Part shown: positions 27,701 through 41,800 of the stretch, one piece after another | Position numbering within the stretch: position 1 is the first letter of the stretch | How the letters are laid out: every line of letters begins with the position of its first letter | Notes under the pieces: generated by a model | Database searches by the model: none | Seen by the model: the letters and a program-made list of their open reading frames with translations, nothing else | What the model was told of the DNA's origin: nothing | Assembly (NCBI RefSeq): GCF_009914755.1 | Contig: NC_060925.1 | Direction: 5' to 3' (one strand) | Length of the DNA: 64,000 nucleotides | Source of the DNA: the human T2T-CHM13v2.0 reference genome, Homo sapiens | Translations under genes and position numbers: made by a program

Positions 27701-30700
27701 AGACTTTACAAACAGAGTGTTTCCTAACTGCTCTATGAGAAGAAAAGTTAAACTCTGTGAGTTGAACGCACACATCACAAAGGAGTTTCTGAGAATCGTT
27801 CTGTCTAGTTTCTATAGGAAGATATTCCCTATTCTACCATTGACCTCAAAGCGGCTGAAATCTCCACTTGCAAATTCCACAAAAAGAATGTTTCAAGTCT
27901 GCTCTGTGTAAAGGATCGTTCAACTCTGTGAGTTGAATACACACAACACAAGGAAGTTACTGAGAATTATTCTGTCTAGCATAATATGAAGAAATCCCGT
28001 TTCCAACGAAGGCCTCAAAGAGGTCTGAATATCCACTTGCAGACTTTACAAACAGAGTGTTTCCTAACTGCTCTATGAAAAGAAAAGTTAAACTCTGTGA
28101 GTTGAACGCACACATCACAAAGGAGTTTATGAGAATCATTCTGTCTAGTCTTTATACGAAGATATTTCCTTTTCTACCATTGACCTCAAAGCGGCTGAAA
28201 TCTCCACTTGCAAATTCCACAAAAAGAGTGTTTCAAGTCTGCTCTGTGTAAAGGATCGTTCAACTCTGTGAGTAGAATACACACAACACAAGGAAGTCAC
28301 TGAGAATTCTTCTGTCTAGCAGAATATGAAGAAATCCCGTTTCTAACGAAGGCCTCAAGGAGGTCTGAATATCCACTTGCAGACTTTACAAACAGAGTGT
28401 TTCCTAACTGCTCTATGAACAGAAAGGTTAAACTCTGTGAGTTGAACGCACACATCACAAAGGAGTTTCTGAGAATCATTCTGTCTAGTCTTTATACGAA
28501 GATATTTACTTTTCTACCATTGACTTCAAAGCGGCTGAAATCTCCACTTGCAAATTCCAAAAAAAGAGTGTTTCAAGTCTGCTCTGTGTAAAGGATCATT
28601 CAACTCTGTGAGTTGAATAAACACAACACAAGGAAGTTACTGAGAATTATTCTGTCTAGCAGAATATGAAGAAATCCCGTTTCCAACGAAGGCCTCAAGG
28701 AGGTCTGAATATCCACTTGCAGACTTTACAAACAGAGTGTTTCCTAACTGCTCTATGTAAAGAAAGGTTAAACTCTGTGAGTTGAACGCACACATCACAA
28801 AGGAGTTTCTGAGAATCATTCTGTCTAGTTTCTATAAGAAGATATTTCCTATTCTACCATTGACCTCAAAGCGGCTGAAATCTCCACTTGCAAATTCGAC
28901 AAAAAGAGTGTTTCAAGCCTGCTCTCTGTAAAGGATCCTTCAACTCTGTGAGTTGAATACACACAACACAAGGAAGTTACTGAGAATTATTCTGTCTAGC
29001 ATAATATGAAGAAATCCCGTTTCCAACGAAGGCCTCAAAGAGGTCTGAATATCCACTTGCACACTTTACAAACAGAGTGTTTCCTAACTGCTCTATGAGA
29101 AGAAAAGTTAAACTCTGTGAGTTGAACGCACACATCACAAAAGATTTTCTGAGAATCATTCTGTCTTGTCTTTATATGAAGATAGTTTCCTTTTCTACCA
29201 TTGACCTCAAAGCGGCTGAAATCTCCACTTGCAAATTCCACAAAAAGAGTGTTTCAAGTCTGCTCTGTGTAAAGGATCGTTCAACTCTGTGAGTTGAATA
29301 CACACAACACAAGGAAGTTACTGAGAATTCTTCTGTCTAGCAGAATATGAAGAAATCCCGTTTCCAACGAAGGCCACAAGATATCAGAATATCCACTTAC
29401 AGACTTTACAAACAGAGTGTTTCCTAACTGCTCTATGAACAGAAAGGTTAAACTCTGTGAGTTGAACGAACACATCACAACGCAGTTTGTGGGAATGATT
29501 CTGTCTAGTTTTGAAACGAAGATATTTCCTTTTCTGCCGTTGACCTTAAAGCGCTTGAAATCTACACTTGCAAATTGCACAAATAGAGTGTTTCAAATCT
29601 GCTCTGTCTAAGGGAACGTTCAACTCTGTGAGTTGAATGCACACAACACAAGGAAGTTACTGGGAATTCTTCTGTCTAGCCTTACATGAAAAAACCCGTT
29701 TCCAACGAAGGCCTCTAAGTGGTCAAAATATACACGTGCAGACTTTATAAACAGAGTGTTTCCAAACCGCTGAATGAAAAGAAAAGTTAAACTCTGAGAG
29801 TTGAACGCACACATCACGCAGCAGTTTCTGAGAATGATTCTGTCTAGTTTTTATACGAAGATATTTCCTTTTCTGCCTTTGGCCCCAAAGCGCTTGAAAT
29901 CTCCACTTGCAAATTCCACAAAAACAGTGTTTCAAATCTGCTCTCTCTAAATGAAAGTTCAACTCTGTCAGTTGAATACACACAACACAAGGAAGTTACT
30001 GAGAATTCTTCTGTCTAGCATAATATGAAGAAATCCCGTTTCCAACGAAGGCCTCAAAGGGGTCTGAATATCCACTTGCAGACTTTATAAACAGAGTGTT
30101 TACTAACTGCTCTATGAAAAGAAAGGTTAAACTCTGTGAGTTGAACACACACATCACAAAGGAGTTTCTGAGAATCATTCTGTCTAGTTTTTCTACGAAG
30201 ATATTTCCTTTTCTACTATTGACCTGAAAGCGGCTGAAATCTCCACTTGCAAATTCCACAAAAAGAGTGTTTCAAGTCTGCTCTGTGTAAAGGATCGTTC
30301 AACTCTGTGAGTTGAATACACACAACACAAGGAAGTTACTGAGAATTCTTCTGTCTAGCAGAATAGGAAGAAATCCCGTTTCCAACGAAGGCCTCAAAGA
30401 GGTCTGAATATCCACTTGCAGACTTTACAAACAGAGTGTTTCCTAACTGCTCTATGAAAAGAAAAGTTAAACTCTGTGAGTTGAACGCACACATCACAAA
30501 GGAGTTTCTGAGAATCGTTCTGTCTAGTTTCTATAGGAAGATATTTCCTATTCTACCATTGACCTCAAAGCGGCTGAAATCTCCACTTTCAAATTCCACA
30601 AAAAGAGTGTTTCAAGTCTGCTCTGTGTAAAGGATCGTTCAACTCTGTGAGTAGAATACACACAACACAAGGAAGTCACTGAGAATTCTTCTGTCTAGCA

Positions 30701-33700
30701 GAATATGAAGAAATCCCGTTTCCAACGAAGGCCTCAAGGAGGTCTGAATATCCACTTGCAGACTTTACAAACAGAGTGTTTCCTAACTGCTCTATGAAAA
30801 GAAAGGTTAAACTCTGTGAGTTGAACGCACACATCACAAAGGAGTTTATGAGAATCATTCTGTCTAGTTTCTATAAGAAGATATTTCCTATTCTACCATT
30901 GACCTCAAAGCGGCTGAAATCTCCACTTGCAAATTCGACAAAAAGAGTGTTTCAAGCCTGCTCTCTGTAAAGGATCCTTCAACTCTGTGAGTTGAATACA
31001 CACAACACAAGGAAGTTACTGAGAATTATTCTGTCTAGCATAATATGAAGAAATCCCGTTTCCAACGAAGGCCTCAAAGAGGTCTGAATATCCACTTGCA
31101 GACTTTACAAACAGAGTGTTTCCTAACTGCTCTATGAGAAGAAAAGTTAAACTCTGTGAGTTGAACGCACACATCACAAAAGATTTTCTGAGAATCATTC
31201 TGTCTAGTCTTTATATGAAGATAGTTTCCTTTTCTACCATTGACCTCAAAGCGGCTGAAATCTCCACTTGCAAATTCCACAAAAAGAGTGTTTCAAGTCT
31301 GCTCTGTGTAAAGGATCGTTCAACTCTGTGAGTTGAATACACACAACACAAGGAAGTTACTGAGAATTCTTCTGTCTAGCAGAATATGAAGAAATCCCGT
31401 TTCCAACGAAGGCCACAAGATGTCAGAATATCCACTTGCAGACTTTACAAACAGAGTGTTTCCTAACTGCTCTATGAACAGAAAGGTTAAACTCTGTGAG
31501 TTGAACGAACACATCACAACGCAGTTTGTGGGAATGATTCTGTCTAGTTTTGAAACGAAGATATTTCCTTTTCTGCCGTTGACCTTAAAGCGCTTGAAAT
31601 CTACACTTGCAAATTGCACAAATAGAGTGTTTCAAATCTGCTCTGTCTAAGGGAACGTTCAACTCTGTGAGTTGAATGCACACAACACAAGGAAGTCACT
31701 GGGAATTCTTCTGCCTAGCCTTACATGAAAAAAACCCGTTTCCAACGAAGGCCTCTAAGTGGTCAAAATATCCACGTGCAGACTTTACAAACAGAGTGTT
31801 TCAGAACCGCTGAATGAAAAGAAAAGTTAAACTCTGAGAGTTGAACGCACACATCACGCAGCAGTTTCTGAGAATGATTCTGTCTAGTTTTTATACGAAG
31901 ATATTTCCTTTTCTGCCTTTGGCCCCAAAGCGCTTGAAATCTCCACTTGCAAATTCCACAAAAACAGTGTTTCAAATCTGCTCTCTCTAAATGAAAGTTC
32001 AACTCTGTCAGTTGAATACACACAACACAAGGAAGTTACTGAGAATTCTTCTGTCTAGCATAATATGAAGAAATCCTGTTTCCAACGAAGGCCTCAAAGG
32101 GGTCTGAATATCCACTTGCAGACTTTATAAACAGAGTGTTTACTAACTGCTCTATGAAAAGAAAGGTTAAACTCTGTGAGTTGAACACACACATCACAAA
32201 GGAGTTTCTGAGAATCATTCTGTCTAGTTTTTCTACGAAGATATTTCCTTTTCTACTATTGACCTGAAAGCGGCTGAAATCTCCACTTGCAAATTCCACA
32301 AAAAGAGTGTTTCAAGTCTGCTCTGTGTAAAGGATCGTTCAACTCTGTGAGTAGAATACACACAACACAAGGAAGTCACTGAGAATTCTTCTGTCTAGCA
32401 GAATATGAAGAAATCCCGTTTCCAACGAAGGCCTCAAGGAGGTCTGAATATCCACTTGCAGACTTTACAAACAGAGTGTTTCCTAACTGCTCTATGAAAA
32501 GAAAGGTTAAACTCTGTGAGTTGAACGCACACATCACAAAGGAGTTTATGAGAATCATTCTGTCTAGTTTCTATAAGAAGATATTTCCTATTCTACCATT
32601 GACCTCAAAGCGGCTGAAATCTCCACTTGCAAATTCGACAAAAAGAGTGTTTCAAGCCTGCTCTCTGTAAAGGATCCTTCAACTCTGTGAGTTGAATACA
32701 CACAACACAAGGAAGTTACTGAGAATTATTCTGTCTAGCATAATATGAAGAAATCCCGTTTCCAACGAAGGCCTCAAAGAGGTCTGAATATCCACTTGCA
32801 GACTTTACAAACAGAGTGTTTCCTAACTGCTCTATGAGAAGAAAAGTTAAACTCTGTGAGTTGAACGCACACATCACAAAGGAGTTTATGAGAATCATTC
32901 TGTCTTGTCTTTATACGAAGATATTTCCTTTTCTACCATTGACCTCAAAGCGGCTGAAATCTCCACTTGCAAATTCCACAAAAAGAGTGTTTCAAGTCTG
33001 CTCTGTGTAAAGGATCGTTCAACTCTGTGAGTAGAATACACACAACACAAGGAAGTCACTGAGAATTCTTCTGTCTAGCAGAATATGAAGAAATCCCGTT
33101 TCTAACGAAGGCCTCAAGGAGGTCTGAATATCCACTTGCAGACTTTACAAACAGAGTGTTTCCTAACTGCTCTATGAACAGAAAGGTTAAACTCTGTGAG
33201 TTGAACGCACACATCACAAAGGAGTTTCTGAGAATCAATCTGTCTAGTCTTTATACGAAGATATTTACTTTTCTACCATTGACTTCAAAGCGGCTGAAAT
33301 CTCCACTTGCAAATTCCAAAAAAAGAGTGTTTCAAGTCTGCTCTGTGTAAAGGATCATTCAACTCTGTGAGTTGAATAAACACAACACAAGGAAGTTACT
33401 GAGAATTCTTCTGTCTAGCATAATATGAAGAAATCCCGTTTCCAACGAAGGCCTCAAAGAGGTCTGAATATCCACTTGCAGACTTTACAAACAGAGTGTT
33501 TCCTAACTGCTCTATGAAAAGAAAGGTTAAACTCTGTGAGTTGAACGCACACATCACAAAGGAGATTCTGAGAATCATTCTGTCTAGTTTTTCTACCAAG
33601 ATATTTCCTTTTCTACTATTGACCTGAAAACGGCTGAAATCTCCACTTGCAAATTCCACAAAAAGAGTGTTTCAAGTCTGCTCTGTGTAAAGGATCGTTC

Positions 33701-35813
33701 AACTCTGTGAGTTGAATACACACAACACAAGGAAGTTACTGAGAATTCTTCTGTCTAGCAGAATAGGAAGAAATCCCGTTTCCAACGAAGGCCTCAAAGA
33801 GGTCTGAATATCCACTTGCAGACTTTACAAACAGAGTGTTTCCTAACTGCTCTATGAAAAGAAAGGTTAAACTCTGTGAGTTGAACACACACATCACAAA
33901 GGAGTTTCTGAGAATCGTTCTGTCTAGTTTCTATAGGAAGATATTTCCTATTCTACCATTGACCTCAAAGCGGCTGAAATCTCCACTTGCAAATTCCACA
34001 AAAAGAATGTTTCAAGTCTGCTCTGTGTAAAGGATCGTTCAACTCTGTGAGTTGAATACACACAACACAAGGAAGTTACTGAGAATTATTCTGTCTAGCA
34101 GAATATGAAGAAATCCCGTTTCCAACGAAGGCCCCAAAGAGGTCTGAATATCCACTTGCAGACTTTACAAACAGAGTGTTTCCTAACTGCTCTGTGAAAA
34201 GAAAAGTTAAACTCTGTGAGTTGAACGCACACATCACAAAGGAGTTTATGAGAATCATTCTGTCTAGTCTTTATACGAAGATATTTCCTTTTCTACCATT
34301 GACCTCAAAGCGGCTGAAATCTCCACTTTCAAATTCCACAAAAAGAGTGTTTCAAGTCTGCTCTGTGTAAAGGATCGTTCAACTCTGTGAGTAGAATACA
34401 CACAACACAAGGAAGTTACTGAGAATTCTTCTGTCTAGCAGAATATGAAGAAATCCCGTTTCCAACGAAGGCCTCAAGGAGGTCTGAATATCCACTTGCA
34501 GACTTTACAAACAGAGTGTTTCCTAACTGCTCTATGAACAGAAAGGTTAAACTCTGTGAGTTGAACGCACACATCACAAAGGAGTTTCTGAGAATCATTC
34601 TGTCTAGTCTTTATACGAAGATATTTACTTTTCTACCATTGACTTCAAAGCGGCTGAAATCTCCACTTGCAAATTCCACAAAAAGAGTGTTTCAAGTCTG
34701 CTCTGTGTAAAGGATCATTCAACTCTGTGAGTTGAATAAACACAACACAAGGAAGTTACTGAGAATTCTTCTGTCTAGCAGAATATGAAGAAATCCCGTT
34801 TCCAACGAAGGCCTCAAGGAGGTCTGAATATCCACTTGCAGACTTTACAAACAGAGTGTTTCCTAACTGCTCTATGAAAAGAAAGGTTAAACTCTGTGAG
34901 TTGAACGCACACATCACAAAGGAGTTTATGAGAATCATTCTGTCTAGTTTCTATAAGAAGATATTTCCTATTCTACCATTGACCTCAAAGCGGCTGAAAT
35001 CTCCACTTGCAAATTCGACAAAAAGAGTGTTTCAAGCCTGCTCTCTGTAAAGGATCCTTCAACTCTGTGAGTTGAATACACACAACACAAGGAAGTTACT
35101 GAGAATTATTCTGTCTAGCATAATATGAAGAAATCCCGTTTCCAACGAAGGCCTCAAAGAGGTCTGAATATCCACTTGCAGACTTTACAAACAGAGTGTT
35201 TCCTAACTGCTCTATGAGAAGAAAAGTTAAACTCTGTGAGTTGAACGCACACATCACAAAAGATTTTCTGAGAATCATTCTGTCTAGTCTTTATATGAAG
35301 ATAGTTTCCTTTTCTACCATTGACCTCAAAGCGGCTGAAATCTCCACTTGCAAATTCCACAAAAAGAGTGTTTCAAGTCTGCTCTGTGTAAAGGATCGTT
35401 CAACTCTGTGAGTTGAATACACACAACACAAGGAAGTTACTGAGAATTCTTCTGTCTAGCAGAATATGAAGAAATCCCGTTTCCAACGAAGGCCACAAGA
35501 TGTCAGAATATCCACTTACAGACTTTACAAACAGAGTGTTTCCTAACTGCTCTATGAACAGAAAGGTTAAACTCTGTGAGTTGAACGAACACATCACAAC
35601 GCAGTTTGTGGGAATGATTCTGTCTAGTTTTGAAACGAAGATATTTCCTTTTCTGCCGTTGACCTTAAAGCGCTTGAAATCTACACTTGCAAATTGCACA
35701 AATAGAGTGTTTCAAATCTGCTCTGTCTAAGGGAACGTTCAACTCTGTGAGTTGAATGCACACAACACAAGGAAGTTACTGGGAATTCTTCTGTCTAGCC
35801 TTACATGAAAAAA

Positions 35814-38800
35814 CCCGTTTCCAACGAAGGCCTCTAAGTGGTCAAAATATACACGTGCAGACTTTACAAACAGAGTGTTTCCAAACCGCTGAATGAAAAG
35901 AAAAGTTAAACTCTGAGAGTTGAACGCACACATCACGCAGCAGTTTCTGAGAATGACTCTGTCTAGTTTTTATACGAAGATATTTCCTTTTCTGCCTTTG
36001 GCCCCAAAGCGCTTGAAATCTCCACTTGCAAATTCCACAAAAACAGTGTTTCAAATCTGCTCTCTCTAAATGAAAGTTCAACTCTGTCAGTTGAATACAC
36101 ACTACACAAGGAAGTTACTGAGAATTCTTCTGTCTAGCATAATATGAAGTAATCCCGTTTCCAACGAAGGCCTCAAAGGGGTCTGAATATCCACTTGCAG
36201 ACTTTATAAACAGAGTGTTTACTAACTGCTCTATGAAAAGAAAGGTTAAACTCTGTGAGTTGAACACACACATCACAAAGGAGTTTCTGAGAATCATTCT
36301 GTCTAGTTTTTCTACGAAGATATTTCCTTTTCTACTATTGACCTGAAAGCGGCTGAAATCTCCACTTGCAAATTCCACAAAAAGAGTGTTTCATGTCTGC
36401 TCTGTGTAAAGGATCGTTCAACTCTGTGAGTTGAATACACACAACACAAGGAAGTTACTGAGAATTCTTCTGTCTAGCAGAATATGAAGAAATCCCGTTT
36501 CCAACGAAGGCCTCAAAGAGGTCTGAATATCCACATGCAGACTTTACAAACAGAGTGTTTCCTAACTGCTCTATGAAAAGAAAAGTTAAACTCTGTGAGT
36601 TGAACGCACACATCACAAAGGAGTTTATGAGAATCATTCTGTCTAGTCTTTATACGAAGATATTTCCTTTTCTACCATTGACCTCAAAGCGGCTGAAATC
36701 TCCACTTTCAAATTCTACAAAAAGTGTGTTTCAAGTCTGCTCTGTGTAAAGGATCGTTCAACTCTGTGAGTAGAATACACACAACACAAGGAAGTTACTG
36801 AGAATTATTCTGTCTAGCAGAATATGAAGAAATCCCGTTTCCAACGAAGGCCTCAAGGAGGTCTGAATATCCACTTGCAGACTTTACAAACAGAGTGTTT
36901 CCTAACTGCTCTATGAACAGAAAGGTTAAACTCTGTGAGTTGAACGCACACATCACAAAGGAGTTTCTGAGAATCATTCTGTCTAGTCTTTATACGAAGA
37001 TATTTACTTTTCTACCATTGACTTCAAAGCGGCTGAAATCTCCACTTGCAAATTCCACAAAAAGAGTGTTTCAAGTCTGCTCTGTGTAAAGGATCATTCA
37101 ACTCTGTGAGTTGAATAAACACAACACAAGGAAGTTACTGAGAATTCTTCTGTCTAGCAGAATATGAAGAAATCCCGTTTCCAACGAAGGCCTCAAGGAG
37201 GTCTGAATATCCACTTGCAGACTTTACAAACAGAGTGTTTCCTAACTGCTCTATGAAAAGAAAGGTTAAACTCTGTGAGTTGAACGCACACATCACAAAG
37301 GAGTTTATGAGAATCATTCTGTCTAGTTTCTATAAGAAGATATTTCCTATTCTACCATTGACCTCAAAGCGGCTGAAATCTCCACTTGCAAATTCGACAA
37401 AAAGAGTGTTTCAAGCCTGCTCTCTGTAAAGGATCCTTCAACTCTGTGAGTTGAATACACACAACACAAGGAAGTTACTGAGAATTATTCTGTCTAGCAG
37501 AATATGAAGAAATCCCGTTTCCAACGAAGGCCTCAAAGAGGTCTGAATATCCACTTGCAGACTTTACAAACAGAGTGTTTCCTAACTGCTCTATGAGAAG
37601 AAAAGTTAAACTCTGTGAGTTGAACGCACACATCACAAAAGATTTTCTGAGAATCATTCTGTCTAGTCTTTATATGAACATAGTTTCCTTTTCTACCATT
37701 GACCTCAAAGCGGCTGAAATCTCCACTTGCAAATTCCACAAAAAGAGTGTTTCAAGCCTGCTCTCTGTAAAGGATCCTTCAACTCTGTGAGTTGAATACA
37801 CACAACACAAGGAAGTTACTGAGAATTATTCTGTCTAGCAGAATATGAAGAAATCCCGTTTCCAACGAAGGCCTCAAAGAGGTCTGAATATCCACTTGCA
37901 GACTTTACAAACAGAGTGTTTCCTAACTGCTCTATGAAAAGAAAGGTTAAACTCTGTGAGTTGAACGCACACATCACAAAGGAGTTTATGAGAATCATTC
38001 TGTCTAGTTTCTATAAGAAGATATTTCCTATTCTACCATTGACCTCAAAGCGGCTGAAATCTCCACTTGCAAATTCCACAAAAAGAGTGTTTCAAGCCTG
38101 CTCTCTGTAAAGGATCCTTCAACTCTGTGAGTTGAATACACACAACACAAGGAAGTTACTGAGAATTATTCTGTCTAGCATAATATGAAGAAATCCCGTT
38201 TCCAACGAAGGCCTCAAAGAGGTCTGAATATCCACTTGCACACTTTACAAACAGAGTGTTTCCTAACTGCTCTATGAGAAGAAAAGTTAAACTCTGTGAG
38301 TTGAACGCACACATCACAAAAGATTTTCTGAGAATCATTCTGTCTAGTCTTTATATGAAGATAGTTTCCTTTTCTACCATTGACCTCAAAGCGGCTGAAA
38401 TCTCCACTTGCAAATTCCACAAAAAGAGTGTTTCAAGTCTGCTCTGTGTAAAGGATCGTTCAACTCTGTGAGTTGAATACACACAACACAAGGAAGTTAC
38501 TGAGAATTCTTCTGTCTAGCAGAATAGGAAGAAATCCCGTTTCCAACGAAGGCCACAAGATGTCAGAATATCCACTTGCAGACTTTACAAACAGAGTGTT
38601 TCCTAACTGCTCTATGAACAGAAAGGTTAAACTCTGTGAGTTGAACGAACACATCACAACGCAGTTTGTGGGAATGATTCTGTCTAGTTTTGAAACGAAG
38701 ATATTTCCTTTTCTGCCGTTGACCTTAAAGCGCTTGAAATCTACACTTGCAAATTGCACAAATAGAGTGTTTCAAATCTGCTCTGTCTAAGGGAACGTTC

Positions 38801-41800
38801 AACTCTGTGAGTTGAATGCACACAACACAAGGAAGTTACTGGGAATTCTTCTGTCTAGCCTTACATGAAAAAACCCGTTTCCAACGAAGGCCTCTAAGTG
38901 GTCAAAATATCCACGTGCAGACTTTACAAACAGAGTGTTTCCAAACCGCTGAATGAAAAGAAAAGTTAAGCTCTGAGAGTTGAACGCACACATCACGCAG
39001 CAGTTTCTGAGAATGATTCTGTCTAGTTTTTATACGAAGATATTTCCTTTTCTGCCTTTGGCCCCAAAGCGCTTGAAATCTCCACTTGCAAATTCCACAA
39101 AAACAGTGTTTCAAATCTGCTCTCTCTAAATGAAAGTTCAACTCTGTCAGTTGAATACACACAACACAAGGAAGTTACTGAGAATTCTTCTGTCTAGCAT
39201 AATATGAAGAAATCCCGTTTCCAACGAAGGCCTCAAAGGGGTCTGAATATCCACTTGCAGACTTTATAAACAGAGTGTTTACTAACTGCTCTATGAAAAG
39301 AAAGGTTAAACTCTGTGAGTTGAACACACACATCACAAAGGAGTTTCTGAGAATCATTCTGTCTAGTTTTTCTACGAAGATATTTCCTTTTCTACTATTG
39401 ACCTGAAAGTGGCTGAAATCTCCACTTGCAAATTCCACAAAAAGAGTGTTTCAAGTCTGCTCTGTGTAAAGGATCGTTCAACTCTGTGAGTTGAATACAC
39501 ACAACACAAGGAAGTTACTGAGAATTCTTCTGTCTAGCAGAATAGGAAGAAATCCCGTTTCCAACGAAGGCCTCAAAGAGGTCTGAATATCCACTTGCAG
39601 ACTTTACAAACAGAGTGTTTCCTAACTGCTCTATGAAAAGAAAAGTTAAACTCTGTGAGTTGAACGCACACATCACAAAGGAGTTTCTGAGAATCGTTCT
39701 GTCTAGTTTCTATAGGAAGATATTTCCTATTCTACCATTGACCTCAAAGCGGCTGAAATCTCCACTTGCAAATTCCACAAAAAGAATGTTTCAAGTCTGC
39801 TCTGTGTAAAGGATCGTTCAACTCTGTGAGTTGAATACACACAACACAAGGAAGTTACTGAGAATTATTCTGTCTAGCATAATATGAAGAAATCCCGTTT
39901 CCAACGAAGGCCTCAAAGAGGTCTGAATATCCACTTGCACACTTTACAAACAGAGTGTTTCCTAACTGCTCTATGAAAAGAAAAGTTAAACTCTGTGAGT
40001 TGAACGCACACATCACAAAGGAGTTTATGAGAATCATTCTGTCTAGTCTTTATACGAAGATATTTCCTTTTCTACCATTGACCTCAAAGCGGCTGAAATC
40101 TCCACTTGCAAATTCCACAAAAAGAGTGTTTCAAGTCTGCTCTGTGTAAAGGATCGTTCAACTCTGTGAGTAGAATACACACAACACAAGGAAGTTACTG
40201 AGAATTCTTCTGTCTAGCAGAATATGAAGAAATCCCGTTTCCAACGAAGGCCTCAAGGAGGTCTGAATATCCACTTGCAGACTTTACAAACAGAGTGTTT
40301 CCTAACTGCTCTATGAACAGAAAGGTTAAACTCTGTGAGTTGAACGCACACATCACAAAGGAGTTTCTGAGAATCATTCAGTCTAGTCTTTATACGAAGA
40401 TATTTTCTTTTCTACCATTGACTTCAAAGCGGCTGAAATCTCCACTTGCAAATTCCACAAAAAGAGTGTTTCAAGTCTGCTCTGTGTAAAGGATCATTCA
40501 ACTCTGTGAGTTGAATAAACACAACACAAGGAAGTTACTGAGAATTATTCTGTCTAGCAGAATATGAAGAAATCCCGTTTCCAACGAAGGCCTCAAGGAG
40601 GTCTGAATATCCACTTGCAGACTTTACAAACAGAGTGTTTCCTAACTGCTCTATGAAAAGAAAGGTTAAACTCTGTGAGTTGAACGCACACATCACAAAG
40701 GAGTTTATGAGAATCATTCTGTCTAGTTTCTATAAGAAGATATTTCCTATTCTACCATTGACCTCAAAGCGGCTGAAATCTCCACTTGCAAATTCGACAA
40801 AAAGAGTGTTTCAAGCCTGCTCTCTGTAAAGGATCCTTCAACTCTGTGAGTTGAATACACACAACACAAGGAAGTTACTGAGAATTATTCTGTCTAGCAT
40901 AATATGAAGAAATCCCGTTTCCAACGAAGGCCTCAAAGAGGTCTGAATATCCACTTGCAGACTTTACAAACAGAGTGTTTCCTAACTGCTCTATGAGAAG
41001 AAAAGTTAAACTCTGTGAGTTGAACGCACACATCACAAAAGATTTTCTGAGAATCATTCTGTCTAGTCTTTATATGAAGATAGTTTCCTTTTCTACCATT
41101 GACCTCAAAGCGGCTGAAATCTCCACTTGCAAATTCCACAAAAAGAGTGTTTCAAGTCTGCTCTGTGTAAAGGATCGTTCAACTCTGTGAGTTGAATACA
41201 CACAACACAAGGAAGTTACTGAGAATTCTTCTGTCTAGCAGAAGATGAAGAAATCCCGTTTCCAACGAAGGCCACAAGATGTCAGAATATCCACTTGCAG
41301 ACTTTACAAACAGAGTGTTTCCTAACTGCTCTATGAACAGAAAGGTTAAACTCTGTGAGTTGAACGAACACATCACAACGCAGTTTGTGGGAATGATTCT
41401 GTCTAGTTTTGAAACGAAGATATTTCCTTTTCTGCCGTTGACCTTAAAGCGCTTGAAATCTACACTTGCAAATTGCACAAATAGAGTGTTTCAAATCTGC
41501 TCTGTCTAAGGGAACGTTCAACTCTGTGAGTTGAATGCACACAACACAAGGAAGTTACTGGGAATTCTTCTGTCTAGCCTTACATGAAAAAAACCCGTTT
41601 CCAACGAAGGCCTCTAAGTGGTCAAAATATACACGTGCAGACTTTACAAACAGAGTGTTTCCAAACCGCTGAATGAAAAGAAAAGTTAAACTCTGAGAGT
41701 TGAACGCACACATCACGCAGCAGTTTCTGAGAATGACTCTGTCTAGTTTTTATACGAAGATATTTCCTTTTCTGCCTTTGGCCCCAAAGCGCTTGAAATC

